A stretch of 64,000 nucleotides of DNA from the NCBI RefSeq assembly GCF_004010195.1, contig NC_057711.1, positions 75,519,163 through 75,583,162 on the forward strand, written 5' to 3'. A program made the translations under genes and the position numbers. How positions within the stretch are numbered: the stretch's first letter is position 1; each line of letters starts with the position of its first letter. Shown here piece after piece: positions 1 through 13,744 of this stretch. This DNA comes from Chiloscyllium plagiosum (Eukaryota). A model generated the notes under the pieces. The model had not been told where the DNA came from, searched no databases, and worked only from the letters and a program-made list of their open reading frames with translations.

Positions 1-235
1 TCTTCCTGACCTCTCCGCCCCCACCCCACTCCAGCCTATCACCCTCACCTTGACCTCCCTCCACCTATCGCATTTCCAAAGCCCCTCCCCCAAGTCCCTC
101 CTCCCTACCTTTTATCTTAGCCTGCTGGAGACACTTTCCTCATTCCTGAAGAAGGGCTTATGCCCGAAACGTCGATTCTCCTGTTCCTTGGATGCTGCCT
201 GACCTGCTGCGCTTTTCCAGCAACACATTTTCAGA
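1..235 (+). mobile_element. Penelope-like element (family 1) 3' region
   Basis: Near-identical to 52720-52957, which directly follows a GIY-YIG ORF; contains a hammerhead motif. Confidence 0.85.
144..175 (+). ncRNA. Minimal type I hammerhead ribozyme (PLE family 1)
   Basis: tc-CTGAAGA-a-gggc[ttat]gccc-GAAA-cg-TC-ga: intact core, 4-bp helix II, palindromic ACGT in place of helix III, very short helix I. Confidence 0.7.
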
Positions 236-239
236 TAAA

Positions 240-2388
240 ATATTTCTTAACATCTCTGTCATTACTCATTTTCCTGTTAAGTTCTCCTGTCCGAGTCTGA
301 ATTAGACCCACATCTGTCCTTGGTAACAATTTCCTTTTATTACATAGCTATAAAAGCTGTAACATTCTGTTTTTATATTCCTTATTAGTTTACATACAAA
401 CTCTATTCTGACTACCTTTGTCATTTTCTTTGCCCTCCTTTGCTGAAATTCAAAATTGTCTCATTCCTCAGACTTGCAACATTATTTTTGGCAACTTTAT
501 CAGCCTCTTCTTTGATTTAATTCTATCTTTAACTTTTCTTCATAGCTATGGCTCTCATTTTTTCTGTTGGGTACTTTAGTCATAAAGGAATGTTTGATTT
601 TTGAAAACTAAACATCAATTATTTAAATACCAGCTATTGCTTATGTAGCACCAAAGCTTTCAATATATTTTTCCAGTACACTAAGTCGTCATCTTCCCCA
701 AACTTGTAAGCTCTTATTTAGATTTAAGACCCCACTGTCAATGGAAAAATTATGCAATGATCACTAGATCAAAAATAGTCCATGCCCTAGTTGATTCCTC
801 AATGTATTACTTTTTAAAAAAAAGAAAATATATTCCAAGAATAATTTTTCCATTATGTTGGTTCTCATTGGATTTAATCAGTCTGTTTGTGGACTAAGTC
901 ACCCATGAATACTACATTTCCTTGTTGTAAGCATATATAATTTTCTGATCTATGCCAAGTGCCACATACAGGTGGCCTGTAAACCACTCCGACCAATATT
1001 TGCTGTCCCTTGCAGTTCTTTTCTCCACCCGATCAGACTCTACATATTGTTTGTTTAATCGTGGATCCTCTTTTACTGATCAATTGATCCCTTTACTCAT
1101 TTTCAGCATCTGCACAGTTTATTTTCCTTTTTACTTATCTCCCCTCAGTATCTATTATCCTTTACTATTCACTTCCCAATCTTGGTCATCCTGCAGCCAG
1201 TCCCTGTCATAGCAATTACATATCCATTAATCTATTAATCTGTGGCAAGTGTATTCTCCCTAAGGTAAGGAGACAAAAACCAGGAGCAATATTCCAGGTG
1301 TTGTCCTTCTAGGCCCTGTATGACTTCAATCAGACATCCCTATTTCAAATCCCCTTGCAACGAAAATGAAAAAGCTATTTTAGCTTCCTAATTACTTGCT
1401 GCATTTAACTCTTTACTTACAGTGACTGCTGTATAGTGCAGCCAGATCCCTTTGTACGTCATTTGTATGTCCTCGTTTTCCAATATATCACTACTTAAAT
1501 TATACTCAACCTTTCTGTTTTTCACACCAAAATGCATAACTCACCATTTAGCCATGTTATAAGCCACTTGCCATGATTTACCATTACTCAATCTGCCTAG
1601 ATCACCATGTAGCCTCCTTGCATCTTCCTCAGAACTCAAAATCACACCTAGATTCATGCCATCAACAAACTTGGAAATGTTAGCATTTTAGTTCCCTTCT
1701 CTAAATCATTAATCTATTTTGTGAATATCTGGGCCCCAAGCATTGGTCCCTACAATACACCATTTGTCATTGCCTTCAACCTGAGAAAAGACCCATTATT
1801 CCCAATCTTTGTTTCTAGACTGTTAACCAATTCTCAATCCATGTGACATTTTACCTTTAATCCTGGGTGCTTCAATTTTGCACACTCACCTCTTCCGTTG
1901 GACCTTAACAAAAATGTTTATGAAATCCAAATACATCATAACCACTGGTTTTCCCTTATTTATTGAGTTACATGCTCAAATAATTCCAGAAGTTTGGGTA
2001 AACATGATTTCCCTTTCATAAATCTACACTGACTTTATTTAGTTCTGTTAATGTTTTCCAAGTGTTCTATCATCATGTCTTTCCTAGTAGACGCTACAAT
2101 TTTCCCATGACTTTAAGATAACTCGGCTGTATTCTTTCCCTCCATTTTTAAATAAAGGCAACCCCCCAATCTGTAGAAACTGTCCAGAGTCGATAGAATT
2201 TTGAATGATGACCACCAATGGATTCAATATTTCCAGGGCCACTTCCTTTCGCAGATTATCAGGCCTTAGGGATTTGTCAGCCTTTTAACCCTGTTAATTT
2301 CTGTACCACTGTTTTCTTACTAATACTAATTTTTCTTCAATTTGTCCCTCACATTAGACCTTTAGTTCCTGAACATTTTTGGGAAATC
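240..2388 (-). mobile_element. Old CR1-type LINE fragments (endonuclease and RT remnants)
   Basis: Degenerate minus-strand CR1 ORF2 similarity with many stops and frameshifts; boundaries approximate. Confidence 0.6.
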
Positions 2389-2803
2389 ATTTGTGTCCTA
2401 CAGCACAGAAATAGACCCTTTGTTCCAACTCGTCCATGCTGACCAGATATCCCAACCTGATGTAATCCCATTTGCCAGCACTTGGCCCATATTCCTCTGA
2501 AACCTTTCTATTCATATATTCATCCAAATGCCCTTTAAATGTTGCAATTGTACCCCTCCTCCACTTCCTCTGGCAGCTCATTCCATACACGTACCACCCT
2601 CTGCGTGAAAAGGTTGCCCATTAGGTCCCTGTTATATCTTTCCCCTCTCACCCTAAACCTATGCCCTCTAGTTCTGGACTCCCCCACCCCAAGGAAGAGA
2701 CTGCATCTATTTATCCATCCATGCCTTCATGATTTTATAAACCTCTAAAAGATCACCCCTCAACCTTTGATGCTCCAGGGAAAACAGCCCCAGTCTGTTC
2801 AGC
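2389..2803 (-). mobile_element. HER1/CR1 LINE 3' end
   Basis: Reverse complement of the 3' part of 18700-19790 (VWNELPEEVVEAGTI-type region). Confidence 0.8.
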
Positions 2804-2999
2804 NNNNNNNNNNNNNNNNNNNNNNNNNNNNNNNNNNNNNNNNNNNNNNNNNNNNNNNNNNNNNNNNNNNNNNNNNNNNNNNNNNNNNNNNNNNNNNNNN
2901 NNNNNNNNNNNNNNNNNNNNNNNNNNNNNNNNNNNNNNNNNNNNNNNNNNNNNNNNNNNNNNNNNNNNNNNNNNNNNNNNNNNNNNNNNNNNNNNNNNN
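2804..2999. other. Assembly gap (N run)
   Basis: 196 N, flanked by repeats on both sides. Confidence 0.99.
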
Positions 3000-3001
3000 A
3001 T

Positions 3002-3033
3002 TCCTGAAGAAGGGCTTATGCCCGAAACGTCGA
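3002..3033 (+). ncRNA. Minimal hammerhead ribozyme (PLE family 1), in PLE fragment 3000-3090
   Basis: Same sequence as 144-175. Confidence 0.7.
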
Positions 3034-3325
3034 TTCTCCTGTTCCCTGGATGCTGCCTGACCTGCTGCGCTTTTCCAGCAATACATTTCCATCTGATCCA
3101 GAACCTGTTATATTCTGAGGTAGCCTTCTTCACTGTCCACTACACCTCCAATTTAGGTGTAATCTGAAAGCTTACTAACTATACCTCCTATGTTCACATC
3201 CAAATCATTAATGTAAATGACAAGAAGTAGTGGACCTAGCAGTAAACCATGATCTTGTTGAAGTTGAGCTTCTCTTGTCTTGATTGCTCTTAAGGTACTT
3301 TTGGTATGTGACCCAGTTAAAGTAT

Positions 3326-3527
3326 TCATGATTTGGAGATGCCGGTGTTGGACTGGGGTGTACAAAGTTAAAAATCACACAACACCAGGTTATAGTCCAA
3401 CAGGTTTAATTGGAAGCACACGAGCTTTCGGAGCAACGCTCCTTCATCAGGTGGTAGTGGACCGAAAGCTCGTGTGCTTCCAATTAAACCTGTTGGACTA
3501 CAACCTGGTGTTGTGTGATTTTTAACT
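3326..3527. mobile_element. Fold-back PLE family 2 mini-insertion
   Basis: ~65-bp inverted arms (about 3368-3431 vs 3462-3526); 12-bp TSD CAGTTAAAGTAT at 3314-3325 and 3528-3539. Confidence 0.8.
3419..3453 (-). ncRNA. Minimal hammerhead ribozyme (PLE family 2)
   Basis: Reverse strand cac-CTGATGA-a-ggagc[gtt]gctcc-GAAA-gc-TC-gtg; 3-bp helix I, 5-bp helix II, palindromic AGCT. Confidence 0.78.
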
Positions 3528-6500
3528 CAGTTAAAGTATAGTCATCATGTGCTATGACTGTACAACACCATCACAGTGAGATGATAAGATCAGACCAGAG
3601 AAAGAAGAGAAGGCAGAAACCTCAGCTGGTGAAGAGGACAGGGAAGTAGAGAGTGACTTGGAAAGCGATTGATATCAGCAACTGCTGCTTATGTGCATGA
3701 CATAGAAGTTACATCACTGATCCAGTTCCAACCACCTAATCGCTATTAAATATGATTAAATCAACAGCCTTAGCTATTTTCTATGAATGGCATATGTTAT
3801 TGTATCCAAGAGCTCACGACACACTTCCTCGGTCACCATACAGAGACAAGCATCTCAATCTACAAGTGAGCTCCTTAAGCCACATGATATTAAACATCAC
3901 ACTTTTCTAAAGGGGATAGGCTAATATGAAAGAAATGCATGCTGAATAAAACATAACCACATCTTAATGTGACATCAACACTTCTTACTTCACGAAATTA
4001 TATGAATAACAACGCTACCTTACCCGTAGAAGTGTACTTTTTGAAACATTTCCTACTGCTACAATGAGGTGCATCCCTAGCATCTGTAGATGACGTGGGA
4101 GCAGGCAGTAACCCTCTTTCTCCCGAGGTCTTCAATCAGCCATCAACCTGGGTGGGCCAGGGGGTATACGGCTCTCTTGTACTGATGGAAGGTTTGGGGA
4201 GCTGCTGATGACAAATCTTGAATGTGTCAGCCTGCAATTTCCCCTGCCTCTTAGCGCAACATGGCATTGTCCGCTTTCTATTAACTGAGCTACACTTGTA
4301 ATTCTGTCTTGGGCCACAAACAATGTTGCACTATTCCCAGCTGCAGTGAGCTTCTCGTGGCAGAGATGGTTTGCAGGTTAGTGCTGCTAACAGGCATCAC
4401 TGTGCTATCTTGCCACTCTGTCCCTCTCTTCATGGAAAATGCAATGTTACAATGTATGAGAGGGAGATATCTGAGACATCACCTTTATACATCAGCTTAA
4501 ACCAAAGCGGTATTTCTATCAGATTCTTTCCTGTTTGGGTCTGCTCGTGCAACAGGTTGAGTGTGACTCCCACTGACACCTTGCATCAGCCAGGACTGCA
4601 ACTGCCCTCCGACCATCACTGACTCCCTTATCTACATCTGCACACATGTCTGTCATCCTCATGCTGTGATCCTGCCTCATACTCAATCAACAGTGAGTTT
4701 GTGCAATTGCACTGGTGCCAGGTGCAGAAGACAGGTAGGATGCTACCACCAGAGACATCCAAACTGTCATCATCGAAGGAGGTGTCAAGTGAAAGATACC
4801 AAGGCCAGTCAGAAGTCTCTGCAGCAGTTGACCCTGAAAATTAAGCACAAAAACAATTGCTGGCTGATCAATTACATTAATAATGTCAGAAGGTGCAAAC
4901 CAACCAGACATTATCTTTTTACAATTCATTGACTTCCCTGTGTGACTACTAAAATACTGTAAGCAGTGATACAAGTCTTTAATTTATAAATATTTTTGTG
5001 GAATACTATTACCAAGTAATTTGACCGATTGATGGACACTCGCATAAAGAAATAGTAAAGAGGAATAAGCTGCATAAAGGAGTGAAATGAATAATACTAG
5101 AAAAGTAAGGACCATCATACTGGAAAGGAGTAATCGAAAAAAGCCAATGAGGAATACATTAACACATTTAAAATGCGTATTTATAAACTAACAAAGTATG
5201 TTAAATCAAGTTGCTGATTTACAAGCATACATGGCTATATGGGAATACAATACCAAAGTAATAACAAAAACATCGCTTTAAATGGTGAGGGTGAGACATT
5301 CAATGATACAAAATGTTTAGGGAAAGGTAGTAATGGAAAATGGGAAGTGCAGTGGCAATATTAATAATGGAAGATGTAGCAGGCTTGGAAAGAGAGAATG
5401 TTCTTGAGGGGACAAGGAAATATACTATTTGGTTGTAAAAAAAAAGTACTCATACTGTAAACACTCACAAAAAAGAGTGTTCTGTAGACCTCCAGATGTC
5501 ATGGTCACCACTACAGATCCCAAAATGTTCTGGGAGAGCATTCTCTCTGGAATTTTTCTCGTGCACAGGGGATAGATGCTGACTGTAGATAAACTCATCA
5601 GATTTCTTTGCTGTAATTGAATGGTTCTGCCTTGTCTCCAAGTATATGCACCATACCTTTTGCAAGTTTATGATGTCTCTGAATGAGCCAAAGTTGTGCT
5701 CCAATCCCATTCAAGGTTTTCCATAACACTGCACATGGACCGAAGCAAAGACTTCTACAAAGAGGAACCACAGTTCCTTGTCATCTTGCTCCATGTAGCT
5801 CTCCGTTATATTGTGCAGCACTAAAATGAGTCCTTTTGCATGTGGTGAAACAAATCTGTTCCTTTTACTTCTGAAGTAATGAAGCACGAGAATCTTTGAT
5901 CATTTCTAGAAGCAATTTTGAGACCTGATATTTCAGAAAAATTATTTTATCCTTTGAGCAGTGTCAGGGATCACAAATCTTTGTCAAAGCTTTCTGAAAC
6001 TAGTCATTAATTTGATCAAGTTTCACTTTTCTACATGAGGTTTTGACTTATTTCAAAGTTTTGAATGCTATTATTCCTCCAGGCATCAAAGCTTCAGCTG
6101 ATATTTCATTTGACTCGTCACTTTTCCATTCTACAGCTTCTTTATTGCCTAGTTTACTTTAGCAATCAACATTGACTGTTCTATTTTATTTCCCAAACTA
6201 TAAGCTGTCCACTCGGGACATTTGAATGGGGACAATAAAGTGAGCACAATCTCCTTTAACTAATCACACTGCCACTATGTGGTTCTGATAACCTCTTTGT
6301 GTATTCCTGGAAGGGTAAAATGTAAGTATATCTTTCACCCAGAAAGAGATGTCCATCTTTCAACTCATATCATGTTCACAGTTTGCTACACAATCCATAG
6401 GAGATCGGGGTTCAGTTTTGCTTTTGATTGACGTTTCTCTCCCTTTGAAATGTTGCTCTCTGAAACTTTCTTGATACTCTTCAAGTGCAACATTCCATTC

Positions 6501-7294
6501 TGTGGACTCAACTCAATCCACACAGCAATTTTAGATAACCACTGAACTAGCATCCTCATCTTTTGCCTTATTTCTTTCTGTTATACAATGCATGTTGCAC
6601 TTAAAAGTTCAGTATACCCATAAGTGGTTTGGCTCGATGAACTATTATCATGACAATCGTTACTTTAAAACTAAAAGGGGCAAGAAGCAAGCTTGTATGA
6701 ATTCTGAGTTCATGGCTGCATAATCTATGGTCATGACAAATCTCAAACAGCATATTCTCATCTGCCCCTTACACATCAATACTAACTGCCACACTTCTTT
6801 CTTTTGAAGAAGCTGTGACAGCCTTTGTTTCTTTGTGCTATCCTTTCTGACCCATATCATCTGTTGCCTAATCAAATTCTTTCAACAAATTCCTTTTGGC
6901 TGCCCTGCAAGCATTTGTCGCTCTTTATAACCCACTCCCTGATGGTCCATCTGCTTTGCTGTTCAGTGTTCTTCTGCTAGTCTCAAATACTTGTTATGTT
7001 GGGCCCTGTGCCCACATCAGCTTTTAGGCAGACTTCATTCAATGCAGTATTTTTTTTGCCATATGAAAATCTTTATCAGGTTGGTTCTGTTTCTCTACTT
7101 GAAGCCATTTCCCACTGTAAGACTTGTTCAGATGTACTGGAGTTCTTGAGTAAACAATCTAGTGACTATCTGCAAAGGTTTCTCTTTTAATGCTTCATTC
7201 CACCGTAAGGCCTGAACCTTGGTCTGGAAAAGCTGATGATCAGATCCATAATCTGTGTTAACCAAGACTCTGGAATCAATACATTAGGCTTTGT

Positions 7295-8112
7295 CACACA
7301 GAGAGTGTTGGTGGAGGGTTGCTCTTCAGACTGGAGGCCTGTCATCAATGGTGTTCCGCAGGGATCGGTTCTGGGTCCTCTTTTGTTTGTCATCTATATA
7401 AATGATTTGGATGAGAATATAAAAGGCATTATTAGTAAGTTTGTGGATGACACCAAAGTTGATGGCAGAGTAGACAGTGAAGAAGGTTTTCTAAGATTAC
7501 AAAGGGATCTTAATCAAATGAATCAATGGGCTGAAAAATAGCAGATGGAGTTCAATCTGGTTAAAAATGAGATATTATGTTTTCATACAACAAACAAGGG
7601 TAAGGCTTATACAATTAATGGTAGCACCTGAGGTAGTGTTGTAGAACAGAGGGACCTAGGAGTTCAGTACATAATTCTTTGAAGTTGTGTCACATAGAGA
7701 CAGGGTAGTTACAAAGATGCTTAGCACGCATGCTTTCATGGCACAGTTCTTTGAGTATGGGAGTTGGAAATGTTCAGGACATTAGTGAGGCCTCTTCTGG
7801 AATACTGTGTCCAGTTCTAGTCGCCCAGTTATAAGAAGGATATTATTAAGCGGGAGAGGGTTCAGAAGAAATTTACCAGGATGTTGCTGGGTATGGAAGG
7901 TTTGAGTTATAACAAAAGACTGGATAGCCTGAGACATCTTTCACTGGAGCATTGGAGATTGAGAGACAACCTAATAGAAGTTTATAAAATAATGAGGGGT
8001 AAAGGTAGAGTTAATGGTAGTTGTCTTTTCCCTAGGACAGATGATTTCATGACTGGGGCCACATTTTTAAAGTGAGAGGAGGGAGATTCAAAGAAAACGA
8101 GGGGCAACTTCT
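7295..8112 (+). mobile_element. CR1/HER1 LINE RT fragment
   Basis: [21 protein letters not shown]...KFVDDTK motifs; disrupted by stops. Confidence 0.88.
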
Positions 8113-9569
8113 TTCAGCCCTTCAAGCAGCATTTAGACCTGTTTCTGTATCAAAGGCTACCTCTGAATAAGTGTTAATACTGCAACCTACTCAGAACAAT
8201 GCCCACCTTAACTCACTCAAAACTATGGAAAGATTATAATATTAATTAGCCCTTAGCAACCATCTCTCAGGTCCTGAATAGGATGCAGAACATCAAACAG
8301 TTTCATCCACCAGCATGTCCTTTCAGTTTGCTGTTCTTTATCTCTTTGAAATTTCCTTATACACTACCTATTTCTTTAGCACTGTACTACCTATTTCTGA
8401 CTTTTATTTCGGACTACCATCTTGTACTACATGTATAATTTCTCCCTTATTTAGATCGTACAGGTCGAGGATTTTTACTAACATTATTAACTTTAAACAC
8501 AAAAGGACTAACACCTCTTCATTATGCAAGCTCAGACTGGATATTCTAATCCCATCAGGAGTAACAGCTAGCATTTGACAAGTACTTAAACCATCACCTG
8601 CTTCCACAGGACAAGATGTCACGCAAACTTATGTACAATAGATAACAAAGATGTGACCATAGCGCTATAATTTTAATGTATGTAAAAACTGTGTATAAAT
8701 GAGGCAACTGTAATTCTGTACTTTGAATTCCGTCACTGCCTCGAACTGTGCCACTGCTGATGCTCAATAAAGAGGCGATTTTCACCACTCACTGATTTCA
8801 GTCATTATTGAACTTGATGCCACATTTGTGTCACAATCTCAGGATAGCACAAAGCTCTTCACAGCCAACAAGTGCAGTCACTGTTACAAATTAGGAATGA
8901 TGGGCACTGATTTTGTACAACAAGGTCCCAGAACTAACTATTTGATGAGTGACCAGATCCACAGAATTCTCAGGCTCTGACTCTGTTTCTTTAGCAATAG
9001 CATATAAAAGGCTGAACCATTCTTGTCAATAATTATTCCCAGGTTGCTGATAGTGGGGGCTTCAGCAATGATAATGTTATTGAATGATGATTAGAATCTC
9101 TCATGTTGCAGATTATCAATGCTTGATACTTGCCACTTGTCAGTCTGAATGTTATCCAGGTCTTCCTCAATATGGGCATGGATTGCCTCAGAATTTCAGG
9201 AATCCAGCTGATGCTGAACATTCTGCAATAATTTAATCAACCCAAACCTCCCCACTTCTGACCTCATGAAGGAAGAAAGATAATTGATGAAGTAGCTGAA
9301 GATGGTTAGTCTGGAAAACTCTGCTGAGGTAGTGGTGTTCTTACCCCTAGACTGAGAGAGCCAGGTTCAAGTCCCACCTGCTTCAAATGAAAAAAAAATC
9401 CTGAGATGTCCTCCAGAGTTGTACTGCAATTGATAAAGCATGATTTCCAAAAACTATAGCTTTTTGCAAGGAATGACTGCAACAGTGGGAGGATTTTACC
9501 TGTAATTCTAGCTTTGCTCAAGTTCCTTGATGCAACAGTTAGTCACAGTTACCTTGATATCAAGGGCAG

Positions 9570-9766
9570 GAGAAAGTGAGGATTGCAGATGCTGGAGATC
9601 ACAGCAAAAAAGTGCGGCACTGGAAAAGCACAGCAGGTCATGCAGCATCCGAGGAGCCAGACAGTCAGCATTTTGGGCAAAAGCCCTTCATCAGGAAGGG
9701 TCGACTCCCCTGCTGCTCGGATGCTGCCTGACCTGCAGTGCTTTTCCAACGTCATACTTTTCGACT
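9570..9766. mobile_element. Fold-back PLE family 1 mini-insertion
   Basis: Antisense PLE end followed by an inverted arm; TSD TTGATATCAA(G/T)GGCAG at 9554-9569 and 9767-9782. Confidence 0.8.
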
Positions 9767-10317
9767 TTGATATCAATGGCAGTCATGCTGACAGTTCAGA
9801 CTGTTTTAGCCATGTTTGGAGAAGTCTGTATTTATGTCAGGAGCTGAATGGCTCTGGCATTAGTCAAACTGAGCGTCGGTGAGCAAATTATTCTCGTCCT
9901 TACAACTTGCTCACACTCTATCTCAAGCATAACTTTCATCACTTTGCTGATGGTTGGGATGAGGCACATTGGGCAGTAGTTGGTTAAATTGAAAAATCCA
10001 TTCAGCACTTCAGGCCGCACTTGCTTCAGCTTCATCTTGTCTTCCGCAACATTGAGGATAGGGATTTTTGTGGAGTCATCTATTTATTTATTTAACTTTC
10101 CATCATCATTCACAGCTAGCTGTGAGAGGACTGCAGAATTTTGATTTGATCCCTTAGCTGTGGGATCACTTAGTTCTCGAAATTCATTGGGGTTTCCCTG
10201 CACAGGTTTGATCCTGCTGGCTATGGTTGAGGCCTGAGGGCAAAAATGAAGGGAGGTTTTCTCCTCCTAAAGCAGGCTGTCAGTGAGTTAAAGCTTTAGA
10301 TTACCACTCCTGGAATG

Positions 10318-10680
10318 AGGAGCAGCGCAGTAGCTCAGTGGTTAACATTGTTACCTCACAGCACCAGGGACCCGGGTTCATTTCCACACTCAAGTGACTG
10401 TCTGTGTGGAGTTTGCATATTCTCCCCATGTCTGCGTGAGTTTCCTTTGGGTGCTCTGGTTTCCTCCCACAATCCAAAGATGTGCAGGTTAGCTGGATTG
10501 ATCATGCTAAGTTGCCCACAGTGTCCAGAGATGTTCTGGGGGATTAGCCATGGGAAATTCGGGATTACAGGGGTAGGGTAGGAGGCCAGTGCGTCTGAGA
10601 GGGATATCCTTTAGAGGTTTGGTGTGGACTTGATGGGCCAAATGACCTGCTTCCACACTGTAGGGATTTTGTGATTCTTA
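10318..10680 (+). mobile_element. HE1-type V-SINE
   Basis: tRNA-like A/B boxes (tagctcagtgg, gggttcattt); V domain tgtggagtttgcatattctcccc; HER1-like tail. Confidence 0.85.
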
Positions 10681-11639
10681 CCATCTCATTCTGCTTCTGC
10701 TGTTTGGCTTATAAATAGTTTTATGTTATAGCTTCACCAGGCTGGCATTTCCTTTTTTAGGTGCTGCTCCTGGCATCCTCTCAGCCACTCTTCATTGAGC
10801 TAGCATTTATCATTTGATTTGGTGAAAATGGACGATTGAGCATTATGCCAGCGAGGGAATGATGTTACAGATTGTTCTTGAATGCAGTTCTGGTGCTGCT
10901 TCATGGATGCCCAAGATTTAGTTGCTGGGCCTGTTCTGCATCTATCTTATTCAGCATCAACATCAATTATAAAGTGCAGATCAGAGCTGAATTTAATGCT
11001 TTATTTGAAAGACCACCTAAGTATGCATGTACTGGAGTGCAAGAATAGATTGTTCAATTTCTGGACTGGGATTTGAGCCCATAACCCTTTGGTTCACTGC
11101 CAGGAATGCTACCAAAAACTAAACCAAGCAAATTTTTCAAAGAGGGGGCACAAGTTAATGATTAGGAATTTGGAGGGAAGTGTAATGCAGAATCACTTTA
11201 CTGTAACTAGGGAAGACTTATGGACTAAATTATGTCATTGAACCATTAAAATTAATAGTGGAAATAATTGAATTGATGTGCTCCCGGAGAATAAAATCAT
11301 TGAGGCCTTTTGTGAAAGCATTTGGATGTGATTAAATCAGTTGACAAGTCCCAAGTTCATTGACCAAGTAGCCTTTTCCTGCTTGTAATTTGTTTATGTT
11401 CTTATGGAGGGGATGTCCAAGACCAAACTCTAATAGAATTGTAGAAGCTGTTACTGTGATATTTCAGCTTGAGAAATGCATCGATCCTCTGAGTTTTTAA
11501 AGTGTTAAAAACCAAAATTATAAACTGCCAGCTGAAGTTTTTACCATGCATAGAACAATCATCTTTAGACAATCAGGGTAGTAGAATTTAACTACATAAA
11601 TATATCAAATAATTTATTACTTAAATTTATATATTGTAA

Positions 11640-11837
<198 letters not shown>

Positions 11838-12812
11838 TAAATCATGATGATGTAACTGAACACGTGAATGACATGAAAATTTCAGCAAGAAAGGAAATAT
11901 CAGTCTAGAATAAACATGTGAAATGAGAAGTCTTAGACACTACACTAGAGACCTGTATTTAAGAAATTATTAGACACAGATGTAAATAGAGGAATGTTAC
12001 AGTTCGAAAGAAGTTGAACAACCTTACTTTGAGATAAAGAGCAAGCAGCCTTAGAGACACTGCATTTGCAAATACCCAAAATCATGAGATCCTCTAGATT
12101 GGTATCTCAATGTACAGGCAGCAGAATGGGTTTAAAGCTCAGGATAAAGCAATATGGAAAGGTGGACGTGAGGGTCAGATTAGCTTGAGAATAGCAAATG
12201 ATAACAGAGGTGGTAAAGTTTGTGCTGAAAGGGAAATATAGTAACAATTGTCATCCTTATGGTACGAATTGGGTCAGAAGAAGAAAAGTGATGTCCCTTC
12301 AAAGAAAGTTTGGAATAAATATAAAATCATTTGGTTTTCAAGTTCCCTCCTTGCTCAAACTATGTACTGCCTGATTCATTAGTTTTTTTTTCAAAAGCTT
12401 CAAGGCCAAAATATAATTTGCAGACTTTGTTAACTGTAATTGCTGGGCTGTCTCTTTTTTCATGAGTAGAGAACGGTGCTCAGAGGGAGACAATGATTTT
12501 CTATCCATTGATGGAAAATGATGATCACTGGCACTTGTAATCTCCTCAGATATGCTTCCAGCAAATGGCACTCATGTCAGGAGTCCCAGACCATGGAATC
12601 ACTCCTGGTGTATTTGACTGTGAAAAATAATCACACAGATACCGTTCTAAGATTTGGGGTTATATTGGTGATTGGTGCCACTGGCGTGTCAGATTTATTT
12701 TGAATATTTGTTTTGCAAAATGGAGCTAAATGGTTATGGTCTATAATGTGGGCCTGTGCTGTTCAAAGAAACCACAGAGCAGTAAAGCTAAAATTCAACT
12801 GTTAAATGACAA

Positions 12813-12884
12813 CATTTCCAGTATAAGCTCTTCATCAGCTCTTTTTGACTCTGATCTCCAGCATCTGCAGTCCTCACTTTCTCC
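12813..12884 (+). mobile_element. Short PLE family 1 terminal fragment
   Basis: ctgatctccagcatctgcagtcctcactttctcc; 12-bp TSD GTTAAATGACAA at 12801-12812 and 12885-12896. Confidence 0.7.
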
Positions 12885-13611
12885 GTTAAATGACAAGTCA
12901 AGTTTTAACTTTAATTAAAACAATGGTACAGAATTTATCACATTTTATACATTATATACTGCGAAAGCAGATAAAGTGTCCAAATGTTAAATTCAGAATA
13001 TATTAAAACACAGGATGTTAAAACAACACAAAAGGTTGATTCATAAAGTCTAAACACAAATAACACTTCAGATATAGATCATTTATTAGAATTAAAAGTG
13101 AATAAAATTAGGAGAAAAGAGGATTTATATGTTACTTATGGTATTAAAAAAGGCAATTGTTAAGTTTAAAAGTATATTTTAAAAAGCAGTGGCAATAAGG
13201 TATTTTTAGTTAGGCGAAAGCATTTTTTAAAAATAGATTCCTAAAAAGAATTCCAAGTTGATGTGGATAAAAATGAAAAGTCGACAAGGAAAATAGAGAG
13301 AAAGTAAAGGAGGCAGGTGTGGCCCAGAGTTCCTAGGTATTCAAATCAGAATTGAACAGAATACCAGGAGAAAAATGATGGTACTTCCAGTCCTTTACTC
13401 ATTCCCATTCGAACACATATAAAATTGGCCCCTGAACTAGCTCCGGAAAGTTGAATGTTAATTTCAGGAACAATACCATAACTTTCTCCTTGGTATCCCC
13501 CTCAAAATGCTATTGCTCTTCTTTCTGACATTTGTTTCTAACACACCTCAAATATTCTGTGTAGTTTGCTTCATCTTTCCCTCCCATTACTGTGTTTTTC
13601 TCTTTTAAAAG

Positions 13612-13744
13612 GTGAGGGAAGTCATATGGCAACAATGTGCAATTCAGGTCACGCACGCAATACAGTACGTAGTCGAGTTTGCCAAACGCATTACAGGGTT
13701 CATGGACTTGTGTCAGAATGATCAAATACTCCTCCTCAAATCAG
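13612..13744 (+). CDS. RORB: RORB coding exon (LBD helix 3-4), [45 protein letters not shown]
   Basis: Pyrimidine tract then aaAG|GTG; TCAG|GTatgg; 133 nt; nuclear-receptor signature FAKRIxGFxxLxxxDQIxLLK. Confidence 0.97.

Larger units (their letters stand above)
9020..10950 (-). mobile_element. Degenerate LINE (CR1/L2 clade) pieces interrupted by SINE and PLE insertions
   Basis: Remnant NYCPMCLIPTISKVM (NYRPISLLSIISKVM-like) at 9832-10035; boundaries approximate. Confidence 0.55.

Noticed and set aside
2753-3133. ORFs containing long X runs
   Set aside because: Artefacts of translating through the N gap.
3560-6540. Possible Harbinger transposase (QCHVALRG) and integrase-like remnants on - strand
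   Set aside because: Similarity too fragmentary to call without a profile search.
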